Assembly (NCBI GenBank): GCA_026770705.1 | Contig: JANJGN010001209.1 | Span: 1 to 64,000 of the forward strand | DNA length: 64,000 bases | DNA from: Isurus oxyrinchus | Lineage: Eukaryota | Direction of reading: 5' to 3' | Shown here: piece by piece, positions 25,510 to 39,659 of the stretch | Numbering within the stretch: the first letter of the stretch is position 1 | Layout: every line of letters begins with the position of its first letter | The notes under the pieces: generated by a model | The model's database searches: none | Seen by the model: the letters and a program-made list of their open reading frames with translations, nothing else | What the model was told of the DNA's origin: nothing | Program-made: the position numbers and the translations under genes

Positions 25510-25990
25510 AGGAGCATAGGAAATACGAGTAGAAGTCAACAATTTGGCAGCACGAGGGTGCTCCACTGCTCAAGTATACCATGGCTGAAATTATGCCTCC
25601 ACGATATTCCATGCACTATTTCATACCTTTGTGTGCATTTAATATTTAGAATTCGGTTCATCAGCACTTTCAACATATTCAAAGACTGCCCGTCAGCCGA
25701 GGTTTCCGTATATAAGTTCGAACATTTAACCTTACCTGAGTGATGAAATTCTTCCTCATCTCAGTTCCAAATTGCAGACCTTTTATTCTGATATTGCTTT
25801 TCCTGGTTTTAGACACACCCGCTAGATGAAACATCCATTAAAGATCTACACCGCTGAAACTTATAAGAATGGTGAATGCTTCAGAGAGATCACTTCTGAT
25901 TGGTAAAAGCTCCAGAAAGCAGAAGATGAGTCTCGTCAATGTCTCCACACAGGATAACACAGTTAAGTACCAGTACCCAAGAAGTATTCT
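25510..25990 (-). mobile_element. CR1-type LINE 3' end fragment
   Basis: tgagtgatgaaattcttcctcatctcagt and ccttttattctga resemble the reverse-complement CR1 3' region. Confidence 0.45.
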
Positions 25991-28078
25991 GTTTAACATT
26001 CCTTATCGCAGAGCTAGAACAACAACTAATGAAATCTACACCAAAGGAGTAAAGTAGAATGTTTGAAAGCACCACAAAGATCACCATAAAGAATCCACAT
26101 GAAAATTACAAAGTTGCTTATACGCTGGGCTTTGGTTACAATTTGTGGCTGTGCACAAATCAGCTCCAGCTGATGGTCCACAGTCCCTTGTAAATGCAGA
26201 TTTTTTAGTTCTTTATCAAGGTGAATCCTACCCCATTTAGCACAATGGTTGCATCACAAAATTGCGGTGGATGGAAGCCCCGATATGAGGGCGGAATTAG
26301 TCTGTACGAGGACCATGCCCAGGTCAATCTAATCAAGCATTGAATAGACAGATGGACATTTAGTGGGCAGGTTGGTGGAGCAAATTCAATAAGCTTTTTG
26401 CACCTGGTTCTTTCCCTGACCACCTGCCAAAGACCCTGTCTAGCACTTAACTTTATGACTCTGCCAGCTCGGTCATTAGTGGAGCTACCAATCCTTTCTT
26501 GCTCACAGACAACGAGGTCCCCGACGTAACTCACTTTTTTTTTTCTTGTCACTCCCCAAAACGTCGGCCATTAATGATCATTAATTCATCCGCTGAGGGG
26601 AACGGTAGGTGGTCACCAGGAGAGGACATTCATTGCCCATGTGATGTCATGAGATTTCATGTAATTACCACGTGCTCTGAAATGGTGCACACTGAAAGTG
26701 TTGCAACATGGTGCTTAGGAAAGCAGTAATGCAATTGAGCACAAGAAATTGGATGGTTGATTCAACTTTTACATAAGATTATTTCACTCAGATGTTTGCT
26801 GATGATTGATAAGAACTTTAAAAGCAGTAAGAGGAATTATTCAGTTAGGGATAAAAAGCTTGATTCATTAAGTTTAAGAATATTTGCAAATCATGAAGTC
26901 TTCTTTGTCCAGGATTAAGTCAATATCCTTGAAGTCTCTTGGAGCGTAAATCATCTGGACAGGTGTAGCTTATCCCATCAGACTCCTGATTTGTGTATAT
27001 CAGATGGAGGAAAGGTTTTGTAGAGTAAGGAGTTTCATTGCTCAACATAGTAAGCTCAGATTCTGAGCAGCCCTTTTAGTCGCAATTTCTTGTCAATGGT
27101 TTTTCCAAGGATGTTGAAAATGGGGCCTGAAGCCTGTACATCAGCCTGTTTCTTCAGTCATTCCTTCAGTTCAAGTGCTGAGAATCACATTGTATAAAGA
27201 CTGGCATCTGGGATGCTTGTCATCCATAGGAGGAGATCGGAATGGTGCATCCACCCATTACTTCAGGGTGAATGTGGCTGCAAGTTCTACAGCCATGTAT
27301 ATGCAGTGGTTCGCTGCACTCCACAGTCATTGCCGATGGGGATATTGGTGGAAGCAGTCCAAAAGTGAGGTGCAGAACTTTCCACGACCATTGAAGTCTT
27401 GTGTGACAGGACTTCAGAGCTGAGCTATCGTTATTTGCTAGGAGGATGATGGAGCTCTGTCTCTCTCATGCTGAATACGCTGTTTTGCCTGCAAGTAGCC
27501 CTGTCTTACAATTCACCCGGTTAAGCCCTGTAGTTAGGTATGATCGCTGCTGATGTGGACATATGACAGATGTTGACAAAGTTCCTTCATTTGTGCATTT
27601 GACCTCGAAAGCCTGGAAGGATTAGTGCAGAAGTGGCATGGGAACACTCTTCGTTACAAAATCCTTTCCAAGTCACACACCAAGCTGACTTGGAGAGACA
27701 TAACATTTCCCTGACTGTCACTGGATCTAAAACCTGGAAATCCACCGCTCGAAGCATTGTGTCTGCACCAGCTTGACATGGACTGCAACATTAGAAAACC
27801 TTATTTTCAACGGGGATTCGTGAAAATGGAAGTAAAAGTGCAATTCTTGTCAATGTATCCAAAGAAAAGAAAATGTTGCATGATGACGAATCTATGACTA
27901 TTGATAGCCTTTTTGTATTGAAATGACGGCCCTGGCTGCTTCTTCCGTTCCCACTCAACAAAGATTATCTACAAAATCAATGTTTAAATACGAATTATAT
28001 CCGGAGTAAACTGGCCCCTAACTGAGAACGTATATTTTGATTTCAGTCCTCAATATTAAATCTTAAACCAGAAGGATT

Positions 28079-28786
28079 GCCTGGAATTTTCGTCCACACA
28101 TCGCCCCCTTCGCGTCCCAAGCCCCAAATTCCCCACTCTCCAACAGCCATCGCCCACAAAAATGCCGAATCCGCGCAAAGAACATTGACTTGCATCGTGT
28201 ATGATGACGTCACGTACTTGAATCTCCCAGATGCAGCTGGAGAACAGGCGGGCCCACCTTTTCCAAGTTAGTAATTAGCAAGTTATTGAGCTTGTGTATG
28301 ACACAATCGTATGTTTTTTTTTCATTGGTGCTCTGCACTTACCGTGGCCCAGAGGAGAGAGAAAAAAATATTTCTGGGCAGCTACCATCAGGTGAGAATC
28401 GCGAGGAAGACAGGTTATGCCTCCGGGACCATGATTGAATGTAGCAAAGGCTTGTGCTGGTGAAGCCTTCATGTTTACTTTTCAGGTTTTTATTTCTTGC
28501 CTGAGTTTTCAGGGAAAATTATTTTTTGAAAATCAGTTTCTGAGAGCAAGTGATCTTGACCTTGCAGCCATACCGACTTGCTGCTTACAGTATTACTCTC
28601 TGCCACATGCTGTTCAGGCTTTCACTGCCGATTGGACGTGTCCCCACTTTGCATCACTCAATGCCTCCTCCAAGTGGGAATTTAATGAATTGCGGAGCGG
28701 GAGATGGTCTAAGGGAGGGTGAGTAGGAAAGGGCTAATTTTGCATTTCTCCAATCTCATGCTGCCCCCAAATGTAAAATCCAGACC
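28079..28786. mobile_element. Possible non-autonomous DNA transposon (MITE-like)
   Basis: Imperfect terminal inverted repeats gcctggaatttt ... aaaatccagac, with a GC-richer interior. Confidence 0.3.
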
Positions 28787-29692
28787 GCTCTCTACTTATT
28801 GTATTGTTTCTTAATGATCTTAAATCACGTTTAGCGGTTTGAACATGCGCCGGAAGATTTCTGTCACTTCTCTAGTGTAACTGTTGCTGTCGAGCCTGCA
28901 GCAATGTGCCATACACACAAACACACTTCAGTGGATCACACTCGGAGTAGTGTTCGCCACAGCATTCACAAATTCACTGAAATGAATTAATCCTTAATGA
29001 TCTGTTTTGAATGCAAAATATGCCATAGAAAATTGTTGTTTTGTTCTTAAATTGCGAATATAACATTGCTGTTAAAGTGCTATGGATTTGGGACCGTGGA
29101 GGAAACTCCATTGCTCTGTCGTTCTTCACACTCAGGTAACGAGTCTGCAGTAACGACACCAAGAGGCCATGAACTGAAGTGCACTGCACCTGCTCCAGGT
29201 TCCTTTTCCTAAACACCAAAGCAATAACAGGTCAGAAGCAGATTGCAGTTGCAGAGAGCAATGGGTCCTTCTGTCGCGTTTATACATGTTGATTTCTCTA
29301 ATTTATTTATCAGGGAATAATGTTCATAATATATTTGATGACGGTATTCTTAATTTGCTAGCTAAATAGTTGATAATGGATTGAATAGGTCACTATTTCT
29401 TCAGTTGATCATTGAATGGTTCATTTCTGGGGCATTTCAACGTTCAATTCGGAGGAAAATTCTGGGAATATACTGATAATTTATTGAATAATAGTTTTGA
29501 TAATTAATTTGTTCAAACATTGGCTGCTTCATTACACAATTGTTTAAATTACTGTATTTTTTAAGCCCTTTCCTTATTTACAGTGCTGGCCAGTAGAGTT
29601 TCAAGTGCTGATAATTTGACTAAGAATCCTTGTATAATTCACAATAGTGCACGGATAATTATGCCTCTCAGTTTAAATGCACGTTATTATAG

Positions 29693-29694
<2 letters not shown>

Positions 29695-29736
<42 letters not shown>
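29695..29736. repeat. (AT)21 microsatellite in GPCR intron
   Basis: Directly visible. Confidence 0.97.
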
Positions 29737-29739
<3 letters not shown>

Positions 29740-32250
29740 GTTTGATCAAATAATAATAGGTATTGGGTAAATGAAGGTCAATTTTAATTTTTAACAATTA
29801 CTTCAAGCTGCAATTGTGTCAAAAAAGCTTTGATTAATAATGCTTCCATCTTTTCCAGTGTATCCTACATGGTCAACAGAAACTCAAACCTTAATTTTTT
29901 ATCAATTGCCTGGCGTTTTCAGTGTTGTTTTTGATTTTCTTTGACAGCTCCATTAAGGCAATGACTGTTTGCTGCTTGCATTCGAGTTAGAAAACTGTGA
30001 ATCGAAGGTTGCCAAGTGGGCTGTGTATTTAACGCAAATAGGTTTTTTTTTGTTTGTGTGGTCAAAGCTTGCCAACTTACAATCTGATCCAAAAATGTAA
30101 AGACGCTGTTTATCTTTATCCGACTAATTTGTTTTTCATCATTCAACGTTCATCTGAATCATTAACCAACAACTTACTGAAATAATATGATCCAAAATGT
30201 TACTTCACCACCCCGTTAACAGACGTTCAATGCATTGTTTTTCAATAAGTTCAAGTTTGCGAAAACTCTCCGTTCAGTCTGCACCATGTTGCATAGCCAT
30301 GAAACCAGTTGGTACTTGAAATAAATCTCTACCTACTCGTCCCATTATTTTGAGAATGTGCATTTTCCATTCCCTATTCTGTGCCTCACGAATCTGACCA
30401 GAGATTTCAGTTGGAAGGCGATTCAGCACCATTGTCACAGCCATGTCATCCTATCCTATAGCATCACCACCTGAACTACAACGAAAATTTCAGCAGCGAT
30501 CCGATTTCCTACTTGCGATAATAATTCAGGCTAGTGTTATTTACCTTGCTTTAAAATGCAGGAATTAATTTAGTAAATGTGCGCATCAAGTTGTTACATA
30601 TCTGGCAGCTAAAAATTAGATTCACTTAGAAATTCTATTCTTCAAAAGTCAAGTGGACCTTTACTAAGTAAACAACAGAAATCGTAATGCAATCTGTGAG
30701 TCACGTCAATTTCGCTTGAATTGTATAAATCATTTTATTTAATCCGTCTAAATGTCTGTCTGAAGTTAATCTTCTGCAGAATAATGCACCATTGAATATC
30801 TTGGCCTATTCCCTAAAAAGGATCCTGCATTTTGAAAAAAAAAAGCGATATGGATTTTAACAAATAAGGCAACCGTTTTATGAGCCTGCCCAATCTGAAA
30901 TGAATTCAAACATGGGGCTGGTAGGAGTTAGGTGTTTATCGTCACGTATTCGACAATTTGTAATTTCATTTTTCTGAACATCTATTAGTCTACAGAATCA
31001 AATCGATGTGCCCTTCACTGTCAATCGTTATCCCGCACTTTGTGCCCAGCAAAAATCAATTTTCAGCTTCACATTTAAAATCACTTCACACGGATGCTGT
31101 GCCTGGGACGCAAGCGTCTCCCTCCTGACCTTTCAGCAACTAAGTGATTTGTTTTGCAGCCGATCAATTATTGGGAACTCTGTCCTGTCTACTTGGAAGC
31201 AAAACACTAGTTATGACGTCGCTAGGATCACATCTCCGAATGGCTCAGTAACTTTGCTTTGCAAGAAATGTGCCCCTATGGCCAATAAATATTGCACACT
31301 CAATCTGATAGCAAAGTCACCCTTCCCAATCAGCAATTAAAATGCCCTCTTTTTCAGTACTGAATGCACACATTCTGCGTAGCAATGTTGTTTTACTCAT
31401 TCTGCAATAAATTAGCGATGCATTCACATGAAATATTCACAATGCCCAGCCAGCATATCAATCTCAGATTACTCAGTCTAACATAAAGCACATGACTGAT
31501 CAGATCTCATCACCGAATAAAACTTCTCCCTGGGAACCTGCATAAGAACGTCACCTAATACTGATTGCCATTGTACCGCTCCTCTGATGACACCTGTGTA
31601 AACTAGCGTTCAGCCTTATCTATGCTGGTCTTTTATGTAGCTCAGTGACCATTTTCTGGTCCTTTGCCTTTACCATTTCATCTTTACTCTCACAAGCGTT
31701 CAAAGTCTGTTCGTGCCGCTGGGCAATATCTTACCTTCAAGCTGCAGGTCCTGTAGCACAGTAAACCTTCCCAGTACTTATTCACATCTATAGACCACCC
31801 AGCACGCCTTTCTCCACTCCCTCTTCCAGAGTATAACTCTTCCAGGCCTAGATTCTATTTTGTGCCTTAATTTCCCCACTTCACATTGTACCAACACATA
31901 AGAGTTGACTCTGTAGACCTCCCCCTTGCCTTTTAATATTCACCATGCCATTTGTTTGTGTGTAATCAATTTTTCCAGGTCACATTCGCCCTCAGCAACC
32001 TCAATCGTTATTATACAATTGTTATCCAGTTTACATTGAACATGTTGCTTTCAAACGACGAAGTATCAAATGATGTTTTTCGTCCCTATCAAATTTAAGT
32101 AGGCCCAGTTTACATTTAGAACATGCTCGCCTCGGAAAGCTGACTGTGCATTGTTTGGTCAAATGAACGATCCTTTGCTGCAACAGGAAGAAAATTATTC
32201 ACGTTCATCCGTGTCATCTATCTCCTGCTCTCTCTATCCCTCTCTTACAG

Positions 32251-33188
32251 TTAATGTTGTTGCGATTGTGATTCTTTCACGAGGAAAGTGTGGCCTTTCC
32301 AAAGGTATTACCCAGTATATGATCGCCATGGCTGCTGCAGATCTCCTGGTTGTTTGTGCAGAAGTCATACTGAACAATATATTGGAAATTTATTTACCTG
32401 TTTCATTTTTGACCATGAGCACAATGTGCATTCTAACTGTGACTCTGACTTATGTAGTCACATCAGCCTCTCTCTGGTTCACAGTGGCGTTCACCTTCGA
32501 TCGTTTTGTGGTCATATGCTGTAAGAAGCTACGAAAAAAATATTGCACGGAGACAACAGCAGTAGCTGTCATATCAGTAGTGAGTGTTTTGAGTTGTTTG
32601 ATAAACATTCCCTGGTACTTCGCATTTGAACCTGCGTATATAATGGACAATGTAAATTGTGGTTGTGTCGTAAAACAGACATTTTTCATTTCTGCTGAAT
32701 GGGCCGTATTTGACATGTTTACCGTTACCTTGACCCCATGTGTTCCATTCATTCTAATTTTGTTGCTAAATGTTTTGACGGCAAGACGTATTTTGGCGGC
32801 CAGTAAAGTTCGCAGGGGTCTCCGCAGTTGCAGCAATGGAGAACATCACAAGGATTCTGAAATAGAAAGCCGAAGAACATCCATTATTTTACTCTTCAGT
32901 ATAACAGCCAGCTTTATATTGCTCTGGACAACTCCGCTTATATATATTTTGTCACTGCGTGTATCCATCACATCAAATTCTGGCACAAATGAGCTTGAGT
33001 CAGTTGGATCCATGCTTGGGATCCTCAGTTGCTGCACAAATACATTCATTTATGTGCTGACACAGGCTAAGTTTAGGGAGGAGCTGAAGAACGGAATGCA
33101 GTACCTTGTGAAACTGTGCGTAAACATAGGCAAATTACAGCTGCGAACACATTGTTCTTTACAGGAGGACAGAAACTTTCTGCCCTGA
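32251..33188 (+). CDS. Class A (rhodopsin-like) GPCR, GPR139/GPR142-like family, coding exon 2 (spliced protein ~335 aa)
   Basis: Polypyrimidine tract plus acceptor tctcttacag|TTAAT, open to TGA at 33186-33188. Hydrophobic TM segments with N (TM1), MAAADLL (TM2), FTFDRF (TM3), NIPW, ECL2 Cys, TPCVPF (TM5), FILLW (TM6) and CTNTFIY..FREEL (TM7/H8). The ORF-track TTG start at 32151 is intronic. Confidence 0.92.
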
Positions 33189-34689
33189 AAGAACTCATGT
33201 TAGCGAAATGCTTGTAGAAGCGTTTAAGCGCTCTGGATACTATAATATCCTCCTAAAAATGTTCACTTATGATATAATGTCAAATTGGACTTTTCAAAGT
33301 ATACTGTAATCTACGGTGAATTGTAAGTTGTGATAATAATAAGAATAAATAATAATAAAAATACAGAACCGCACCTGTTAGTGTTGCAGAGTTTAAAAGG
33401 GTCAAATCTGATGCCAGGTTCCCACAGTCTTCTGTTCATTGGAAGAGCTGTTCTGATCAACATGAGAATACCCGAAACATCACCAGTACATGGGGGAATA
33501 TTCAGAACAGGTTTTATGAAGTCTGGTACTCTCCAAATATCCAACAGTTGCACAATCAGCTGCTTCTCAGAGTTCCAAAGAACTCGAATGATTAAAACAA
33601 GGAAGGCATGGTCATCACGTGTTTTGTAAAACGACGGTTATTGGCGCAATTGATCACTCATTCCCACGCTCCATAGGGCTGAGACGAATCCATATATTGT
33701 ATTCAAATCTATTAAATCCAATTTTCCTACGATTCGTTTGAAAGCACTAATAGCTCATACTTGTTTTTCCTCGATTAATGAGGCTACCTCCTCTCCACAT
33801 GCTCATTCACAACACTGTCTGTTGCATGTTATCTGGTGCCTCCAAATAGCTGTGATCATATTTCTTTAATATGTTTGACTTGATAGCCATTCATCAATAA
33901 CACGTGTGACGCTTCAACCAGGTACCTGCACGAATTCCCAGCCAAGAAACATCTGATCACACATGGCCCTACCATCAACTTCCTTCTTTGTACACCTATG
34001 CATACTGAATTTAAAAAAAAATGTAATGTAATTCTTCTCGTCCCATATTCTTATCATTTACTTAGCTTAAATGCCGTTCGTAGAATGCAACCATAGATAG
34101 ACCACAGCACAAAAGCAGACCATTTGTCCCTTCCTTTCCTTATTGTACCACTTCAGGAAGATGCAACCTGTAGGCATTCCACCAGTTACTCTCTGTTATC
34201 TGGGTCATTCGCTTTTCTCAGATATTAATCCAAAATCCTGTTGATCATTCTTAATTAACCACCCCAATCACCCGGTAAAATGATTGGCCAGAACAACTGC
34301 CAATTAAAACAGCATTAAATAGAAAACTACAACCGCTGTCCTTGAATAAATTCACGTTTAAAACAAGACAGATTCGATCATGGCATGAGTGGCACAGCTG
34401 GCAAGAAAAGCAATTATTGCCAATCTTTAATTGCTATTACAGCAAAGCATACGTGATCCTTCGTTTCAAGCAGCTACAGTGTTTCTGATGTCTTCGCAAA
34501 GGCTGCTTAGGGTCTTAATTATTAATTGCCCACTCAGCCGGCCCAGCTACCACTCTTTTCTAAATGCTTGATCTCGCCTTTTGACAACTGCACTTTCTAA
34601 ATAACCACCCGACCGCTCAGCTTCCAGTCCTTTTAGTTCCTCAAGGAACCGGAGTTTCGCAAAATAGTGTCCGAGTCTCAACTGAATTT

Positions 34690-35620
34690 AGTTCCCTCAA
34701 CAATGACCTCCTCTCGATCTTAAGTTCGGAAATGGGAATGTTCGCTCATTGTTGCACAATGTTCAACACAATTCGTGACTCCTGAGATAATGAGGTTGTC
34801 CTTTCCCAAATGCAGCATCTTCAGGCTTTGGCTGACATGTGGCCAAGGACGCTCACACCATACAAGCAACTGGCAATGACTATCTCAAAAAGAAAAAATC
34901 AAGCCATCGCCCTTCGACGTCCAATGGCATTACCATCGCCCAAAGTCGCATTTGCTACATTCTAACGGATATCATTGACCAGAAACAACATAACTGGATT
35001 GGCCATATAAACATAACGTCTACCATTGCAGTTCAGATGCAAGGAATCCCGCGGCGAGTAACATACCTCCTGACTCCCCAATTCCTTTCCACCGTCTGCA
35101 AGGCACAAGATAGGATTGTGCTGGTATACTCTCCACTTGCTTAGATGCGTGCAGCTTCAATAGCAGTCAAGAAGAATGATAAAATCTTGGACAAATCAGC
35201 CGTTGATTGACACCACATGAAAAAACGTTGACTCTCTCCACCACCGATGAACAATGGCATCAGGGTTTATTACCTGCAAGGTGCACTGCAGGAATTCTCG
35301 AAATCACCTTAGACATTACAGTCCAAGCCCACGACCACAACCATATGGAAGGATAATGGGCAGCAGGTGCATGGGAACACAATGCTTTGTAAGTTCCACT
35401 CCAAGCTACTCCCCAGCCTGATTTGAAATTATCTACCTGCCCCTTCATTGTTGTTGGGTCAAATTCAATGGAACTCCATCCATAACTGCAGTATGGGTAT
35501 AGGATTACCAGAGGGATTGAGGCGATTCAAGAAGGCAGCTAAGCAGCACGTTCTCTAGAGTACCTACGTCTGGACACTAAATGTGGTGTGAACAATTGAC
35601 GCCAACACCCTCTTAACGGA
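34690..35620 (+). mobile_element. 5'-truncated LINE (same family as 39660-41370)
   Basis: gggaatgttcgctcattgttgcacaatg (degenerate GMFADDCTM). ggcgagtaac..ctgactcccca..ccaccgtct is shared with ~40830-40880. Confidence 0.75.
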
Positions 35621-36599
35621 TAAAAATAAACTATCATTTTGTCTGTGGCTACACAGCTACTGTGCATCCCATTTCTCTGTTCTAATATAGTTCTAATTGC
35701 ATGTAATTGGCAAGTGACCCCTCCCACTCCCACAACCCGCGCCTCTGTCCTCTTTAATGAGCCTAAATGTTCTTAAGCAGCATTATCTGTGATAATTTGT
35801 CTATTAATATCTGAAAATCCTCTAGGGCATGTATTCTCTTCATTAATCTTCTCTGTTGTAATATCAAAATGCAACTACTTTGTTGAAGCATGTTCTTATT
35901 TTCAGGCATGGTGTTATAAACCATTGATCATTCTTAATTAAATTCAATAGTTTCCAATTCCCGGCTAGACTCTTGACAGTCAGGACAGGTGTATTTACTC
36001 TTTTACTGCAGCAGCTGAACAGTGAGAGCAGAGATTGAGAGAGAGCTTGGAGCTGAGAACAAACAGGTGATTTTTCTTTTAAGGGGTCGTTGAGGCACGA
36101 GGGCAGAAATATAAAAAGAGCGGGAGCCGGGTTGCCAGAGGAGAGATTGAAAAAGAGCTAGAGGGAGATAGTCAAAGCCCAGATTAGAAAGTGGCTGACC
36201 TCCCATAACAGAGTTCAAACCAATGGGAGCTAGATAATTTAAAACTTAAAGGCGATCTTCTCCCAGAGCAGTGATTTATAAAAGTTCAGGATCTAAATAG
36301 CTAGAGCATACTTTAATAAGAAGCAGGAAGTATTAGCTAGGACACGGATGGGGTGGGAATTAACAAGTGAGGTTGATAGGAATCCATTGCAATAAGACAT
36401 GGAGAGTCTACCTGAATAGGCAGGGGATTAGCAGAGGCAATTTAATGCGTTAAAATATAAAATCTTACAATTTGGCAGAAGGGGTAGTGAGGGGGAATAA
36501 AGACGCAATGTCACTGAATTTGATAGAATGGATGGTCAAATGTGCATAGGCTTTGATCTTTGATTGTGGTAGACAGATCCTTGCCTCGGGTATGGAGAA

Positions 36600-38100
36600 T
36601 TGCAGCGACAACACCTGGCACCGTACTTTGGGGGAGGGATATGGACTGCACTGGGTGACCTTTGAATATGGACGACCTTTCATTTCTGAGTAAGTTTGAA
36701 GGTGTCTGTTTAAGAGAAATAAATGAGCGCCCTATTCATATTTCGGTTTCAATGACTAGCACGATCAGAGACAGAGAAAATGGGGGAATGGTGCTCGGGT
36801 GTGGAGAAAATGCAGAAAAAAACAGGATATGATAAGACCCTGAAATGTTCTCCAGAAAACTAGAAGGCTTTGAAAAGTTCTTCGGCACGTCTGCAAAATA
36901 TTGCATTTAGGCACTTCAGCGAATGTACCAGCGAAGAGCCTGGTGCACATGAAAAATCGCTGATGCGGCTTCTTGATTCCGCTGCAAATTGTACGTCTCA
37001 GAAACCGCCCAGATATTATGGAAGGAATGCTGCAGTGCCTGGAAACATTGCAATGACAGTTGGCAATGTCATCGAATTATCTAAGGAGCAAGATCAAAAT
37101 CCAACAAATTGAATTAGCACAAAGCCAACGTTCCCAGAAATGAAGGCACCAGATGAGTAAGCGCAGGGATAAATAAATAAGGTGAAGAAAGAATGGCAAG
37201 CAACTTTGACAGGCATTATTGCAGTCGTCCAGCTCCAGTTGATCATAACTCAGAATTTCGATGAACAAATGCAACACATTATGAACACAGCAATGAAACC
37301 TTCCTTGGATTAATTGTCATTAGAGCTAAATTCGAACCAATGATACAAGGATATGTCCCATGCATTAAAAACTAATACAATCCTGACCATTTTCTTTGAC
37401 CTCGCATTCAAAAAGAACTAATTTCGATGATGGCATCGCAGGTGAAGAAAATGAACATAATTGTAATGCTGAAGGCGGCAAAACACGTTGTGCTTATTCT
37501 TGACGGTGCCGCTGGTCTGAGTGATGAAGATCAGATATTCGTTGTTCTTCTTTAGGTTGATCTGACTTTTGAAGATGTGAATCGAAGGGAGTATTTGATT
37601 CAGTATCTGCTGATTCAAGAGAACATTTTGCAAGGCCTAATTTTCTCAATGATGCGCCAGATGGGCGAGGACTTTAGAGCAATGACTGCAAGAGGCAGTG
37701 ACATAACAATCGGCTAAACATTAAGGATCAGAAACAAAAGGTTTAGTCCTGCCCCCTTCATCACAACCATCGGGGCTTGTTAACTCCACGAGGCTGCCAC
37801 AAATTGGAAGATATAGTAAAGTATACTTCTAAAACCACGGCATTCTTTTGAAGCCGTGCCGCGAACTTGAATAAGTATTTCAGTTTGAAATAATCGTTAA
37901 CATATCTTGAGCGCAGATGCTTCCTGTGTAACGTTAAAGTCGTTGTCAGACTGTTGGTGGCATGTTTAACGCAGAATGGAAATGCAATCTGTTCCAAAAC
38001 AGCTGATATCAGTATGAAATTGATTACAGTTACTGAAGAATGTCACAACTCAAATGTTAATATAGAGGCATATTCCAGGATCAACGACGAAGTTGAAGCT
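36600..38100 (+). mobile_element. hAT-superfamily transposase fossil (ZMYM1/DUF4371-like)
   Basis: Remnants in the expected order: HEKS; SNETFLGLIVIRAKFEP; RIQKELISMMASQVKK..KAAKHVVLILDGAAGLSDEDQIFVVLL*VD (~37403-37560); DCKRQ*HNN; TPRGCHKL. Confidence 0.8.
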
Positions 38101-38199
38101 TTCGAATTTCGCTTTGCAATGGTTCAGTGGTAGGACAGCATATTCGCTACAAGCATTCTGACTCAGAACATTCAATCCTTCAAAATGCAGCTTCGTGTG

Positions 38200-39650
38200 G
38201 CTTTAGTATTTCGGAGGGATAGGCGAAAATGAAAAGCAGGCTGCATAGCACTCTTAATAAGGGAATATATTATTGTTAAGAGCGGATCTTTCATCAAACA
38301 TTGATGAGCCAATTTGTGAGGAGCTGGGAAACGGCAAATGGATCAGATATCAGTGGGAGTTATTTATAGGCCACCAAACATTTGTGTCACAGTATATATC
38401 AGGAAATTCGATCTGGATGTAACATGGTTAAAGCAGGAAAATGGGAAACTTCGATTTACAAAGAGACAATGGTTAACCAAATCAGCACTCATAACCTGGA
38501 AGAGGAATTCATTGAATGTATGTGTGACTGGTGTCAGCACAAATACGTTAAAGAGCCAACTAGGGATCGACCTAGACAGGATTTATTGCTAAGCCATGAG
38601 AAAGGTTCAATGGATGTCCTTGCTTTCAGGGATTCTTTGGGAAATAATGACGATAACGTGATAACATTTTGCAAAAATGTATGACATCGGTATGCTGTAC
38701 TCTAATGCTCTGTTCTCAAATCTGACTAAAGGAAATTATGAATGAAAGAGAGGCAAGTTGGCTATGATGCATTTTCAAAGTATAGCAAAAGGTTTGTCAG
38801 TAGACAGGCAATGGCGAGTATTTAAGGAAAGGATGCTGTGTCTACATCAGACATGCATTCATCGAAAGCTCAAGCACTCACAGGGAAAGAAAACTCATGG
38901 ATTGTTAACAAATGAATTTAAATATTGCATTACATGAAATGAAATAATTTATCGCGGCACATGAAAGACATGGTAAATCTGAAGGTTGGGGGAAATTTGG
39001 AACCCAGCAAAGGAGGACTAAGAAATCGATTTAGAAATGGGAAGAGAATGGATTACTATCCAGCGAGGAATGTAAAGAACAAATCTGGGCACTTTACATG
39101 TGGGTAGAGAAATATTTATCGTGGAGAAAAGGGAAACAGCATAGCAACGAAAACGTAACTTTTAGCTTATCCTCACCAAAGAACATATAGAATATTTCCA
39201 AGATAAGCTAGGCAACCAAGTGACTTGTGAAACAGGGGTGTAAAAAGAAATAAATAGTATTAGTAAAAAAGGTAGTACTTGAAATGTGAACTTGGATTGA
39301 CGATTACATAATTGGCTGGATTAGAATTGCTTCATCTCATGAGTTCCGAAGGAGGAGGCTAAAGAAACGTTGGATGCATTGGTTGTTTTCTTGCAAAATT
39401 CTGTAGCTTCTGGAAAGTCTCCAGCTGAATGCAAAGTATCAGATGTTGAATCACTATTCTAGAATGGAACCAACGGGACAAGATAGAATTGCAGACATGT
39501 TAGTTTGACTTAACTGGTATGGAAAATGTCATAATGTATTAGTCCGATTCGGTAACTGGGTATTTAGTAAAAAACTGGTAAGATTGCGCAGTGTCAACAA
39601 GGGTATATGAAAAGGGAATCATGTTAGACAGAAAATTGAACAACTCCCTG
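38200..39650 (+). mobile_element. CR1-type LINE fragment (endonuclease to start of RT)
   Basis: GVIYRPPN, YVKEPTRDRPRQDLLL, and a degenerate NYRPVSLT / SQHGFMKGKSC region. Confidence 0.8.
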
Positions 39651-39659
39651 CATAAGGAG

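Noticed and set aside
32151-32250. ORF-track N-terminus MFGQMNDPLLQ... of the GPCR
   Set aside because: It starts at TTG, runs through the polypyrimidine tract and acceptor, and lacks a proper TM1. The spliced exon 1 fits better.
36760-37960. Possible inverted copy of the tDNA unit
   Set aside because: Only patchy short matches; the region is better explained as a hAT transposase fossil.
38116-38145. tRNA-Gly-like 5' sequence (tggttcagtggtag)
   Set aside because: No anticodon arm, T arm or B box follows.
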